Positions 14,077 to 26,990 of a stretch of DNA of 64,000 nucleotides are shown here, piece after piece. The notes beneath the pieces were generated by a model. The model saw nothing but the letters and a program-made list of their open reading frames with translations. It was not told where the DNA came from and searched no databases. Origin of the DNA: Lepidodermella squamata (Eukaryota; Animalia; Gastrotricha). How positions within the stretch are numbered: the stretch's first letter is position 1; each line of letters opens with the position of its first letter. The translations under genes and the position numbers were made by a program. The stretch is from assembly GCA_047495785.1 (NCBI GenBank), contig JBLDXI010000009.1, forward strand, positions 620,001 to 684,000. Direction: 5' to 3'.

Positions 14077-14576
14077 TCACCTTCCGATCGTGAGCGCGGT
14101 AATGAGAGTCATCACCAGAGGCAGAATTGAGAGGGCGAGGTTAGATGAGGCGGTATTGCAGTCATGGGTCGTGCACGAGCATGTTGTCATCACGCTATTA
14201 GCTCCAGCTCGCTTGGTGCACCCTGTCGTAAATTGCTGGGTCCCGCAATAACGGCTGATCGAGACGAATCTAAACAGAATGAAATCTGTAGATTGGCCAG
14301 TTTCTCAGTATTTTTGTATTACTTTTCGCTAAGGGTGACCTGGCCTGGTTTCACGTCCAGCATGATCGTTTCCTGCTTGTAGCAGCTAGTACCTTCGGGA
14401 CACTTCTTCGCCGTCATATTGTGCGCAATCGGATCCCAACACGGATCTTTGCGCAAATCTTGAAACTTCTGCTCGTTGGAGTCCTTTATCGATGCACACT
14501 CGTAGCATTCTAGGACATGGCCGATTGCCGAATGACTGGTAGTTGCGAGCAGCAGTAGCGTCAGTATTAGTGCCAT
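14077..14576 (-). CDS. Ly6/uPAR three-finger protein, quiver/sleepless-like, GPI-anchored (copy B)
   Basis: Two exons with the same intron position as copy A; signal peptide, GHVLECYEC, exon 2 FVSISRYCGTQQFTTGCTKRAGANSVMTTCSCTTHDCN plus hydrophobic tail LALSILPLVMTLITALTIGR*. Confidence 0.85.
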
Positions 14577-16841
14577 CTGAGCGAAAGATATTCTAATATC
14601 TACGTCACCGAAATAAAAAGCTTATTTATTAACTGCATGATTCGGCAGAACTGCTTGAGAAGGCCTTTCAATGCATCATCAGAGCGGGGATCTTAATAGG
14701 CAGAGCTGTTGCAGAGCTTGGAAAAGCACGCAAGGTGTAGCCACATAATATGAGCAATATTTCGAATGATGTTGTTTACGAATCAGCTGTTTACGAATAG
14801 GCTCAAGCGAGCGGCTTAACTAGTTCTGGATTGAAAGTAAAATGGCTTAGCGTAAAATCGAACTTGGAATGTAATAATGCATAACCGCAGGTAAGTAATA
14901 ATAGACATTCGCTGAAATAAAACAATTGCACTTCACTGCTGGTGAAATGAATGATTTTTCGCACATCGATAGACGCAGCATATAAAAAAACCTGGCATAA
15001 TTGAGTGAAAAGCGCTGTACGGCGATGCCGTAGGTCGTAGGTGTTTGTCGAAATTCGCTTGTATACTTTGGCAATATAATAAAAATACTTACGAGCATAG
15101 CGCAACCGCTATACCGATCGAATTTGTCAAGAAAGCTATGTGAGACTCAGTCTTATAAAATTTGTGGATTTGTTTTGAACGAAGCGCACTCACGAGATAT
15201 TTTTCCTATAATATGTCATACATACATGAGTAGCGGCGTGATTTCGATCCACATCGGCATTACATGCAATACTACGCTGCGGTAGCCTCGATAAATTGTT
15301 AAAAACACGTATATAAGGGCGAGGCGAGAAGGGCGACGATTCTGAGCGTAGCCGGCTGATGAAAATAAACCATGAGAGTAATGAATTGATTGAGCGGATA
15401 GCACTAATAAGCTACGTATATAACGTCATCATACTATGTAGCAAAGAGCAACTCGGGAAGTCTAGGCCTCAGACGATAACACACCTATTTGCAGAATGTA
15501 GGAACCCAGGCAATTAATAAAATTCAATGAACCAAGTACAGCCAGACAAAGTATATTTCCAAAATATTACTGGCTATGACTCCATGCGGTATGAATCTGG
15601 GAATTTTTCGGGCACGGCCATGAAATCGAAGAATCAGAATACTTATTTCACGTTACGTCTTCGTGTATACATTTCCGATGCACAAAAGTCATCATCGTCA
15701 TGTGCTTTTAGCGCCACATATTCGATTATATTGAGCTGCGCATATATTTCCTATTAATGCGTCTCTAAACATTATATTGTAAAACCTCAAAAATCGCTCA
15801 GTACGCTGCCATGAAATGCGATGTTTGCATTTTATTAGCTGAATGGCACGACGCGGATAGGGTTTCTACATCGCCCAGACGATAAAAAACGATGAGCAAA
15901 TGACACACGCATACTTGTAAGAAGCGCAGTGACTAGCGAAACAGCAACCCAGGGGCATTATTGTTATTATTATTGTTTCTTACATTATTTTAAAAGGCGG
16001 ATGGACACTAAAGTAGAAAGAACGGCGCTGCTGAGCTTAGATGCAGACACGCACAAACCGCGATCGCATCTTTAATACTATCGAATATTGCGAAGAGAGG
16101 AAAAATTTCTGTCTGAAAACTTGCATGCTAAAATATACGCGACGTAGCGAAAAGCGAATGCTTATTTCCTTATATTTTTTTAATGCACGCCGGCGTGTTT
16201 TAGGGCGACTCTCTAAAAGTTCGATCATGCTAGTATTTCATTTCAAGAGAGCTGCACTTGCCGCTAGTTTGTTTGTTTTAAAACACTGCGCTCATCAATC
16301 AGCCCATGTAATATATATATTATATATTTTCATAAATATATATCACAGTTATAGGATAGTAGCAGCAATGGCGATCTAAGCGTGTATTTTTTAGCGAAAA
16401 TTTGCGCAATGAAAACAAGGAACTGAAATTAGATTCATGCATTTTCGATATCCCGGTTTGATTACTATATGCACAATCAACAGAGCGGGTACGCTGATTT
16501 TGACCAGCTGAATCCGATCAAATCCCAGGCTTACTTGATCAAGGTCAGTGGGCATCTCAAATCCTGAATCTTTATTTTTGAAGTTGCACTGAAAGCAGCT
16601 GAAAGACAAATTCAACACTCGTTATAATAACCAGCTGATTTCAAACAGCAGCAACTTAGCCCACACATGTGGCTCTAATAGCTAGGGTTTACTCATTTTA
16701 TCGAATTAGGATTTCCAGCAATTCAGGACGACCACAAATATCACACAGATTCAAGCCAATGCTGCAAAAGATGTATTTTTATTTCGGCTGAAAAAATGGA
16801 AAAAAGCAACAAAAAGACTGAGAAACAATTAGCGTCAATAA

Positions 16842-19602
16842 TCAAGCATTAATGCCATATTCCATTTCACCGGGTCCGTCATCGTCCCCTTTGTCGAAGA
16901 AACTCGGCAACTCTTCGACTCCAATGCTGAGCTTCTCGGCAGAAAACTTGGCCATCTCGCGAACAGCTGCCGGCTTCCAGCTCGAAGACTTGCAACGGCT
17001 GCATGGGTAGTCCGGGTAGCGTTGGAACGTTGTTGTTCGAAAGCTGCAGTCTCGACAGGCGAAAAAACGCCGCCAGGCATCCATCGGACCAACCACCGCG
17101 TGAGGATGATCCTAATAAATATAAACTCAAATAAGTGAAACTAGCATTTTGAAGAGAAAAACCTTTTTGCAGCGATCTGCTGCTGAAGCCGCAGCATACA
17201 TGCACGTCTTGCACACAACTGCTTTCACCTTGATTTTTGTTATTTCACTCAGTTGCTGCTCGGCTTTATCGCGATGTTCCAAAGCTTTGAAGTAAGCTTC
17301 TTGACGGGATGAGAAAGCTTCTTCAACCGCGTTTGAATGGCGGCTTCGTGCCTCCAAAATTTTCTTTGCCTACAATCGGACAAAAATTTGCATTTCGGCG
17401 AGTGCTGAGGTATGTATATAATTTGGAAGCAGAGAGGTTTCTCTCTAGCACTTTTATAACATCAGCAATTACCTCATCCATCTCTTTATTGCTCTTGGGT
17501 GACTTAATCTCCGAGCTGATTTTGTTCTCCTTAGCCACGACTAGTGGCACAGAGGGGCTTCCCAAATTTGGCCTGTTCGGGTCAACTTTCGAAGGAGCTG
17601 TTTCTTGGCCGGATCGAATCATAGCAGATAGACGATCTCGCCGAGCCCTGGCAGTCGATGACGTCGAGTTCATTTTGGCCTCCAAAGTCTGCAGCATATG
17701 CTTGCCCCATGACGTTGTGTCAATTCTTTCCGCCGGCAAAGACTTGCCACTGCCAGTGATAAGGAACGGACTGTTAGCAGCTGCAATGTTTCGCTTGTTC
17801 TGCTCATCCAATTTTTCAACGTTCATCACCCCTAAAAGTTGAAATGACAGTTAGGATAGTTGGTAGTTTCTGAAAAATACCGGGGCCAGAGGCGGGTAGG
17901 AGTGATTTTATTCGACTCGCTGACGGAAGGCCCGAGCTAACACTGGCACTGCCGCCGCAGTTTACCATGCCCGAGTCAACGATTGGAGCTTTCCCTGGTA
18001 TCAAGCAAGGTCCAAATGCTGACGCAGTTATGCTAGACGCAATACGATGTTTCTCCAGCTGAGAGTGTTCTGCTCGTGGGCGCTTGGCATTGTTCAGGAA
18101 CGACGCCGAACCATAACTTAACGAAAATTTAAACAGGTCGAATAAATGGCGAATAATTAAGCTTACGCAGCTAGCTCAGGGCGCTTAGCTCCTTTCTTTA
18201 ACAGCGTCATGGCATGAAACACACACATTTCACATTTGGCCCTAGAAAATGAATCAAATGAATTTCTGAAGAAAAACGGGCTTGAATTTTACTTGTTCAC
18301 TATCTTCGAACATTTTTCTCCGGACTTCGTGTGGCTCGCACATACCGCGAAATCTTTCGATTGGCCCAATATTAGTAACTTCAACGGATGATCAATCGAT
18401 AAGGTGAACCTTGTCTGGCCCTGTGATGAATTGTCTAATTGTTAGTCATGTCCACCAGAATTTCATTATTTAGTCGGTACTGAGAGAAAAATCTCCACTC
18501 TTTATCGAGTACACGAACCAAGAGACGAACATTTCCCGTCATATAAGTAACTCCAATCTTATTGAAGTTTTTGAATTTGATCTTTAATAAAGTTTCAACT
18601 TTTTCTCACAGTATACCAACTAGTTATTAACCTTTTCTCGATCTTCCTTGACATCAGGATTCAGCAGCCCTATAACTGTCCTGAAAAAAATATTTTTGTC
18701 AAACTCATCGCGCATGTAGAGCTTTCATAAAGAAACCTTTCAGGTAGTTTCCAATGAGCTTCGTGCGCTCCTCCAAACAAGAACAAAGTCTCCAGGCGAT
18801 CTAGATCATGCAAATCGGTCAGGTACCAAACACTAAAAGGCCGACCCTGGTGTTGTCAGTGCATTAAATTAAACAAAAGTGTCATGAGATAATCGGCTTA
18901 CTTTGGCTGATTCCTTGGGAGGCAGTTTCCGTGCCACTACTGCGAAGGTTACCCAATTCTGGCCTTGCTTTGGGTTGGGAACACTGGACGCAGAAATTCT
19001 AGTCAAGCTGATGATTGATTTGTCAGACAGCTTTTGCTCCAGGTCGCCAGGTGCTATCTGTCCGTTTCTAAGTTTCGAAGAACAAAATTATTGTTTGCTA
19101 CGCAATATTAATACTAACATGACTGCGATCTTCGAATGGGGTTCAACAAACGATGAGCCTTTATTCTGCGAATTCCGCGAATTAGTAACCTCCGGTGATT
19201 GCAGACTTGGAGCCTGTAAATCACACCAACCTCCACTGACCTCATCATCCTCTGAAACATGCTAGATGTAAACATGTTGATAGGGAATGATAACAAAAGA
19301 TTACGCGTCCACTTTCGTTTTGAAGCGCCAGACTGAGCTTTCATAATATCTTTAACTTGTTGACCGTAACCAGAATACTTGGACGGCTTTTCCAGAAATT
19401 CTAAATGAGTGAAGGCAGGATATTCGACAAAAGTGAGGCTGAATTAAAATAATTTACCTGGATCAACTTCAGCAGCTTTTGCTTTGTTATTATTGCTTTT
19501 CGCGACATCATATACATCAATATCTTTTACAGCTGATTTAATCGATGAGCTGGTAGACGGCGCGCTGCATAACTCATCTAGAAGGGAGTCAATATCTGCC
19601 AT
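16842..19602 (-). CDS. MCM10: DNA replication factor MCM10 (multi-exon)
   Basis: Start MADIDSLLDELC; OB-fold WVTFAVVARKLPPK..PFSVWYLTDL..LFLFGGAHEAHWK..TVIGLLNP; CCCH finger CASHTKSGEKC..CEMCVFH; C-terminal Zn fingers KAVVCKTCMY..C..H and RFFACRDC..CSRC. Confidence 0.92.
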
Positions 19603-19863
19603 CTCTAAAATGTCGAGAGTTTTGAATTAAATTTGATAAAAAATTAATTGAATAAATAAGACTAATGAAGCAATGCTATCAATGCAATGCTGAAGATGAT
19701 GATGACAGGGTTGGAAAATCGAAGGGTGAGCTGGCTACCACTCTCTCCTCCCACTCTAATGGAGACCCGACACCATTGGATGTGGTACCAGACCCCGCTC
19801 GAGTTTATCTAAGCCTTTTCGCAGAATACCGTCAATCGACCTGTGGGTTGCCCCACCTCTCGA

Positions 19864-20543
19864 CAGGGACGGCGCCAGGGTTCTGCGGTCAGGGGGGCGA
19901 GCTGGGGGCGATCACTTAATATACTAAGCTGGCAAAAATGTCGTAATTTTGCGTGTATATGTGCGAACGAATTTAGTTGAACGTTGAAATAAGAGATAGT
20001 TTGAAAAGCTACCAATGAAGACACCACAAATCTATATCCGTGCGAGCGAAGCGAGCTTTAGCTAACGATATTTTTTGAAAATAATACTCAAGGACTAACT
20101 AGAAATGCTTATATTTCGACCCACTTTATCTAATCTGAAGTTTTCAGGAGTCTCGATCTCAGGGATTTACTCCGCATACGGGCATGGGGCGTCGTAAACC
20201 GTCACTATCTTGGTCATTCTCCGCAGCGCGCCCTAGCTATAGTGGTTAAAACTAAATATTTACAACCTTATTGGCTGTTGACTTGGTTTGCGATACTTGA
20301 GAAAGTAGTCTGAACAAAAGCCCTAGGGGTTGCAGAATAAGATCGCAAATGTAGACTATTATAGACTATTGCGAGCGAAACGAGCTTTAGCTGGCGCTAT
20401 TTTTGTGAGGTTTTCTGCCGGAATAGCCTAAAAATGCTCCAAATTCGGGTTGAGAGCTGAAAATTTCCAGGGGGGCGAGAATCCGAGAAAAATCTCGTCA
20501 GGGGGGCGGCGCCCCCCTCGCCCCCCCCCTGGCGCCGCTACTG
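19864..20543. mobile_element. Non-autonomous hAT-type DNA transposon (MITE), 680 bp, 8-bp TSD
   Basis: Imperfect TIRs CAGGGACGGCGCCAGGG / CCCTGGCGCCGCTACTG; identical flanking 8-mer CCTCTCGA at 19856-19863 and 20544-20551; internal direct repeat tgcgagcgaaRcgagctttagct (~20041, ~20370). Confidence 0.9.
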
Positions 20544-21469
20544 CCTCTCGAGCGAGACAACCATTGAGAGTCATGGCGTCCAAGTGTGCATCCTTAAGCG
20601 GCCTCTGCCGATACAACCGTGTCGTCTGCTCAGGTCAACGACGGCGCCACTACTTCAGCTTTTTAAGATATCCCACCAGAAGGCTTCATGTTTATCAGGC
20701 GATGAAATTAAGGGCCAAGGAAATATATGCAATGCATCGAAACCGAAACCTGAGAAACAGCGCCAACAAGTTGATCGCCAACAAACTTGCTTGAATTTCG
20801 CGGCCTCTGTCCTTCAACGCAATTTTTGTTTTTAATTGTCAATCCAAATAAAACACAAAAACTAAAATTTTTATATCTGATCAACAAATATTGCAATAAA
20901 TGTGAGATCCAATAAATGGTAAGCAGTTTTTTTAAGCGGCAGTATCGCGTTTTGCTTGTGAGGTGTCGTCGAATGTCGAGTCGATGAGTCGATTGATGAT
21001 GCGAAGGGCCAAGGGCCTTGTCTAAGTTGAGTTGATGGCTCTTAATCAATCACGTGACTCAGAGAGACAAGGTTTAGCAACATAATAGGCATAAAACCTG
21101 TCGCTTCCGTTGGCCGGTTATCTCACACCAGGATAGCCAAAATTTCCAATCCTCAATCCTCACATCAACGCAGAGCAAACTGAGACATTTTGCATTCGGC
21201 ATGTTTCTTTAATGTGAAGTATTTAATTGCCAGTGCGAGAAACGCCATTGCGGGTTGTGGAGCGACGCGATGCCGTGGACTTTCACGGGTAGTTCGTTAT
21301 GAATTTTCAGCAGTTAGGTTGATGGGAACATATGTTGGCTCTTTACTTTCAATGGTGTTCAATGTTTTAATGTTTCAATGTTTTTTCAATGTTCTTTCAA
21401 TGTGTTTACTTTCATGGTGTTCGTCCATCCAGCTTCGCTTTGACTGAGGCAATTCAGTCACTGGCTAGG

Positions 21470-22103
21470 ATGGAGGTGTAGTTGGAGTAATAATGCAGGA
21501 TTGAGAATGGAGAGGGGGCGGGAGTTCGACGTCTCGCCCTTATGGCCTCTTTTGTGTTAGAAGCCTGTTTCTATTCTGTTGGGAATCTGTTGTCTCCGCG
21601 AATATTTCCGATCGACTCAACCATGCAAGAGCACAGCTACATCCTTGAACAGCTCGACTCCGTTCTGGAAGATGTGATATGCCTGACTCCCGGCAAGACG
21701 GAGCTGCTGATGCTAGGCGACTTCAACTGCCGTATCGGCAATCTGCCTGACGTTGAATCGTGCAGCAGTATCCCGTCATGCCACAGTCTCGATTACGGCA
21801 CGCACAAGGCAACTCGATTTTATCACTCTGAACGGCTAAACCTATTCGTTCAAAATGGACGCTTCGAACCCGACCCGAGGGTCGTTTACGCATTTTACAA
21901 CCCAGGGAAAATCTGTTATTGACTACGGCTTAGCGGGGCGCATCCACGCGTTCGAAGTTGATAGGTGCTCTGAGCACACCGATCATGCCCGGATTACCGC
22001 TACCATCACTACTGTACCATCGCGGTTAGATCGGTCCCAGATGACTCTTGATTCGCAGGTAAGGGTAATCGTTAGCTTCGCGCGGAACGCTTGTTTCGTC
22101 TGA
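21470..22103 (+). pseudogene. Degenerate non-LTR retrotransposon (LINE) APE-endonuclease fragment
   Basis: Motifs SWSNNAGLR, LLMLGDFNCRIG, LFVQNGR, then (frameshifted) FTHFTTQGKSVIDY and TDHARI; no RT domain follows. Confidence 0.8.
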
Positions 22104-22525
22104 CCGACCCTGAATATCCCTGAATCTGGACGGCCAATTCATGAGATCTATATTTTCCATCGTCTCCATTCTGGATGCTAGCTATTGCCTTTATCATGTC
22201 ATCGTGACTCCTTTGTTTGAATTCCCCATGTCGATCTATTCGATTGCGTTGATCGTTGATCTGCTCGATTTCCGACTGATAAATAAGCGCTAATTGAATT
22301 CAGCTTCGCTGAGTGCCAAGAGCTCTGATATTTAAATGCAGTGAACAAGCTGACCATGAGCAATACTTGATTTTCGAATCCGGCAATGTCCGAGTTGCCC
22401 GTCATGAGTAATATTTCGTTTTAACATTTTTAATTTCAGAGTCGTTTATCCCTGATATCTTTTTCAGTGTAGGTAATTTTTAATTTAATTTCCCGTTGAT
22501 TCAGTGGCCATCTGCTTTTCAAGAA

Positions 22526-23129
22526 ATGGGTTAGTTGTAGTGATACAAATGTGCTCTTTTACATTGCGTCTACGTGTGCTTAGCATTGCCATCAAGCTCT
22601 TCTGCCATGCTGGCCGGTGTCCTCTCCTTGGTTGTTTTTGCGTCGATGCAAGTTCTTCGTCAAGTTCTCGCTAACTCTCAGCTTGGAACCATCGCAGGTG
22701 GATTTTTGGGTAGCTGGCTATTTGTCTTTGCGATCACGGTTTGTTCAGACATTAGGTACCTTGATTTCGCAAGCATTGTTGTTGGAATTTGTATTTTAGT
22801 GTGTCAGCAACGTTGAAATGACTCTTCTGGGAAAGAATTTCCAAGCCAAGTTGGTGGAAGGTGAGAATCGATACTCCGAAAGTCATAAAAATTACGAAAT
22901 CTTCTTCCAGTTTTGATTTGCTTGTTTGCCGCGATGTTCGCCTCGTCTCTCGTTCACAGGGTCTCAGCTACGACCTGGTAAAACAAAAAATTAATTACCG
23001 CATTCTGCTTTAATAATGTTACATTTTAGCCTGTTGTTTTCGATTGGTCACCTCTATTTCATCAATCGTCTTTCTGGACAAGTGTACGCAGTCCAAGCGC
23101 CGCAATTTGCCGTCAAGAAAAAGAAGTGA
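22526..23129 (+). CDS. KRTCAP2: Keratinocyte-associated protein 2 / OST subunit KCP2
   Basis: 5 exons (first is ATGG only): MALPSSSSAMLAGVLSLVVFASMQ..GGFLGSWLFVFAITCVSNVE..GKNFQAKL..VHRVSATTCLLFS..INRLS..KKKK*. Confidence 0.92.
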
Positions 23130-23533
23130 ATCAAAAGCTATGAACAACTGCCCATTTCTCAGTGAATCGCATGACATTCGATAATAACAAACTGCTATCT
23201 TAAGTTAACGGCGTGGTTGTGATTTGGTGACTTATGTTCATGCCAAAGAGTCTTGCATCCTAATTTAAATGTCAACGAGATACAAAATGGTCATGCATAA
23301 CATCATTAGCTAATATAATCTGAAGCTGAGTCTTCTGACCTTAAACTGTGGACTTATAACATCTTTAAGATGACTTGTGAGTCCTTACGGGCCATGCAAT
23401 TGTTTATTCAATAAAAGGAGCGGAATAAGTGAGCACGTGTTTGCATATTGATGAACCTGTCTTCCGATAGTCGGTAAACAGAACGCGGATCGGCAACGCA
23501 GCAGTGGTTGGCTTCTTACTTCATTCTGCTACC

Positions 23534-25357
23534 ATGGGGCAAAAATTTTGTGTCATCAACATTTCAGGAATTACGTTTTGCATTAACAGCCGGATATTGC
23601 GGCGTTACCCATACACTAAACTTGCTTCAATTTTCGATATCAGTAACCCGCACAGCTATGCCAGCTCAACAGCGGGCTCAGATAACCAGGCACCGATATT
23701 TTTCGATAGAAATCCAGTCATGTTTTGCAGCATTTTAGACTTTTACCGAACCGGCCGATTGCATGTTAGCCTAAATTTCTCGTGTAAATTCCATCGAAAG
23801 TGAACATTTCCTTTCTTCCCAACATCAGGTCCCTCATTCGTTCTGCTTTTCGGTAATTCACGAAGAGTTGGAGTTCTGGAGAATCGACGCATCGCATTTG
23901 GCCGAGTGCTGCGCTGTAATACGGGAAACGCACAAGAAAAATATTAAGGAAATCAAGGAAGTACAGGCAGTTTTCGGCGATCACGAGCGCTCCAACAAAA
24001 CTGCAGATAAACATTTGTCAATAACTACACTATCACCGTTCCGCCATCAACTCAACTTGCTCTTCTACCGCAATGACAATAGAGGAGGGCTAATTAAAAG
24101 CGTAAAATACGCGAATTCATATTATGGCTGAATTTTTTATAAAGTCATGTTTTCACTCAGCTTTACTTCGCGCTGTATTTGACCTGCGCGATTACCCATC
24201 TGTCGTCGTATATAATTCAAGCCGATTACCGCGTTGAAGTGGCGGCGCCTGGTTCCAACCCCAGTTGTCCGGATCTGATCGGACTTTCGACTCGACACGC
24301 AAATAATACACGAGTAGATTCTAGCAACGCTACTGACTACAATAATACCACCGCAAGCGAGATATCTCAGCAGCTTCTGGAGTTCACCCAACTAAAGTAC
24401 AGTAAATATTTCCTTACTCGCCCTGCAATGGGTTTGCGAGCATTAGATTTATGCTGCATGGGCCTGTTTATACTGGATACGACTTTAAGGTAACTTTTGA
24501 TTCTTTGATTTACTGCCAAATTAATTGCATCAATACAACAGAGCCCTTTCGGTTCAAACGATAGAGCAGTTTGTGAAGAAGCCAGGAAACTGGTTCGACA
24601 TTGTATGCACAAGCGCAAATATTATAGCTTTTTCAATAAGCTTGCGGAGCACGGATGGCATTACATTCTTCAACTGCAGCTTGAGTCTATTGACAACGTA
24701 TTTGATGCTGGAAATCTTTCGAGTTTTCAGGTTTTGTTGTCCATTCTTGTAAACAGGAAGTTTTAGTTAAACATTTCAGGTTGGCGAGATTACTGCAATT
24801 CGCGAATAAATACAATGGCATAATTGTCCTGCTGTTGACCGTTCGGAATTCCTTGTATGAACTTGGCCTGCTGTTAGCTGCCCTGGGATCTGGCGTTGTA
24901 TTGTTTGGTTTCTTGGCATACATTGCTGAGCTTGGGAATGACTCTTCGAGGGTTCGAAATGAATTCTTTCTCGTTACGACGATACATTTTCAATTTTATT
25001 GATGATAGATCAAGAGTTTCCCTATGGGCTTCTGGTGGGCTGTTGTGACAATGACCACCCTCGGATATGGGGACGTTTATCCAGGTGAGCTTCCCGATGA
25101 CCTTCGTAATGATGAAATTTTACTAACAGCTGTCACGGTCAATAGCAACTGTCTTCGGATATATGATTGGCGCATGCTGTGCTATCAGTGGCGTAATTTT
25201 CATGGCAGTTCAGGTTTGTGTCGCACTAAGAAAATACGGACGAGGTTCATTCTCATCTGAACCACAGGTTCCCGTAATAGGTAACAAATTCAACGCGTTT
25301 TACACTTACGCGTGCGAACAAGCAGCTTCACAGCAAAATGACAGCCAGTCAAAATGA
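23534..25357 (+). CDS. Voltage-gated K+ channel subunit, divergent Shaw/Kv3-like
   Basis: T1 domain ([37 protein letters not shown], non-Shaker Zn motif), S1-S6, pore [18 protein letters not shown]; short GT-AG introns. Confidence 0.88.
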
Positions 25358-25505
25358 TGGCAATGGTGCCAGTCGGAAATCGGAATCTACGGCTATTCAT
25401 TGGAACTCAGTTTTTAACATGATTTCAGTAAAAATAAAAATAAAAATGAACCAAATCATGGTTTTTACAGCTTTCACGGGGCGCACTTGGCGAAATCTTG
25501 TCACC

Positions 25506-26990
25506 TCAGTCTTCGATTTCTTCACTAGGATCACCCCACTGACCTGGGCGGCGCCTCTTCCCATCCATCCGGTTGATGACTTGCCGAAATATTTCCTTCA
25601 CAACGTTGTTCATGGAGCAGTCTGGCGCACTGTATTTTCTTCGGCGAAGTATCGCTGTGTCAGATCCGTTCCTTCGGGAGAAATTTAAAGAAAAATACGG
25701 GAATACATAATACGGCAATGTTAATCTTACCCGCGATCCTCGAATTCGAAACAAGGTGCTCCTATCATTGTGAAATAAGTATCCCATACCAGACAACTGG
25801 CGGCATCGAACCGCTTTGCAGTGAGGCAATTATGAAAGCTGAGAAGGTTAAAACGAATCATTGTATTCTGTCGACGAATTTTAAAACGCTGTGGTTACAT
25901 TTTATCGCAATTGCAGTGAGAGATTGTGTAGGATTCGCCATTGTAATAATTCCATTTTGTTTCACCTACAAATGGGAACATACGGAGGTTTTCGGACGAG
26001 TTTAAGATTTTTACCAGCCACTATAACATATCGGCAATGATCGTGGGCTCGACAACACCTGGAAATACAGAAACACGGGCTTCTTCAATTGCCTGGCTGA
26101 AATGAAAGCATACAGATCTGATCGGGTGTATTCGCCAAGATCGATTGGTGACATAGCCTGGTTTCCTGAATTAATGAAGATGATCCATACAGAAAACTTA
26201 TTTCAGGCTGTACTTCAAACCTCGACCACACCACCTTGTACCAGGTAACACAAATTCGTTGAAATATGTTCTCAGGTACTGCCCACCAAGCAAGTCCATA
26301 AGGGTCTGTACTGTGCCAGAGTATGACATCCTACTCCAAGTTCGTGGAACACCATTATCACTATTCTCTCGTTGAATGATGACCTCCCGCCTAGCCCGAT
26401 TCAATTCTGTTAAGGTCGCAGGACTATTGCATAGGTTTGAGGCGACGAGGAACGGCAGTTTCTCAGCGAAATTGGATAGACATTTCTTTAAGTTCGAAGC
26501 TTCCCTTGGACTGAATTTCGCAAAAATATGGCTGTCTACAGATTCGGCGGCAGCCAACAAGTTGCTGAAGTTGCTGCTCTCCGAGCGAGTTGTTGCACAT
26601 GAAGCGACCCTCAAGTCGTCTGGTGGTAAAAAATAGCATTAACAAAAATTAAATTGTTAGAAAATTATAACAACATGCGGCATTGTTTCCAATCAGCTCC
26701 AGTCGAACGGTTAAATTCTGAGAAGGTGTGAACAACATCACTGCAAATTTCCGCAAGCCGTCGTTGCTCATTGTGGAATTTCTGTCTGTTGCTGCGTTGA
26801 AGTTCTGCTCCGGTTGACTGCTAGAAACCGAGTCAGCATCAAGGAGTTCTAACTTCTGGAAATATCCATCTTTCTCGGATATGACGATGGCTGAAAATTT
26901 GTTGGGCACAGTTTCTGGTCCTCTGGAGCTGACGATAGATACCAAAGCAAAAAATACCAGAGCATGGCTCCCGTTCGAGCAAGGCCTCAT
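25506..26990 (-). CDS. Group III (bee-venom-type) secreted phospholipase A2 with N-terminal extension
   Basis: Signal peptide; Ca loop LPGTRWCGRGN; after splicing, catalytic DLCCRAHDHC and SHCNCD, then HNCL..YF..PCF. Confidence 0.88.

Noticed and set aside
20041-20405. Direct repeats that might suggest a CRISPR-like array
   Set aside because: Only two copies, inside the MITE, in eukaryotic DNA with no cas genes.
11268-26990. Venom cluster (three-finger proteins plus PLA2)
   Set aside because: Both Ly6 proteins have GPI-type tails, group III PLA2 is widespread, and unrelated genes lie between them.
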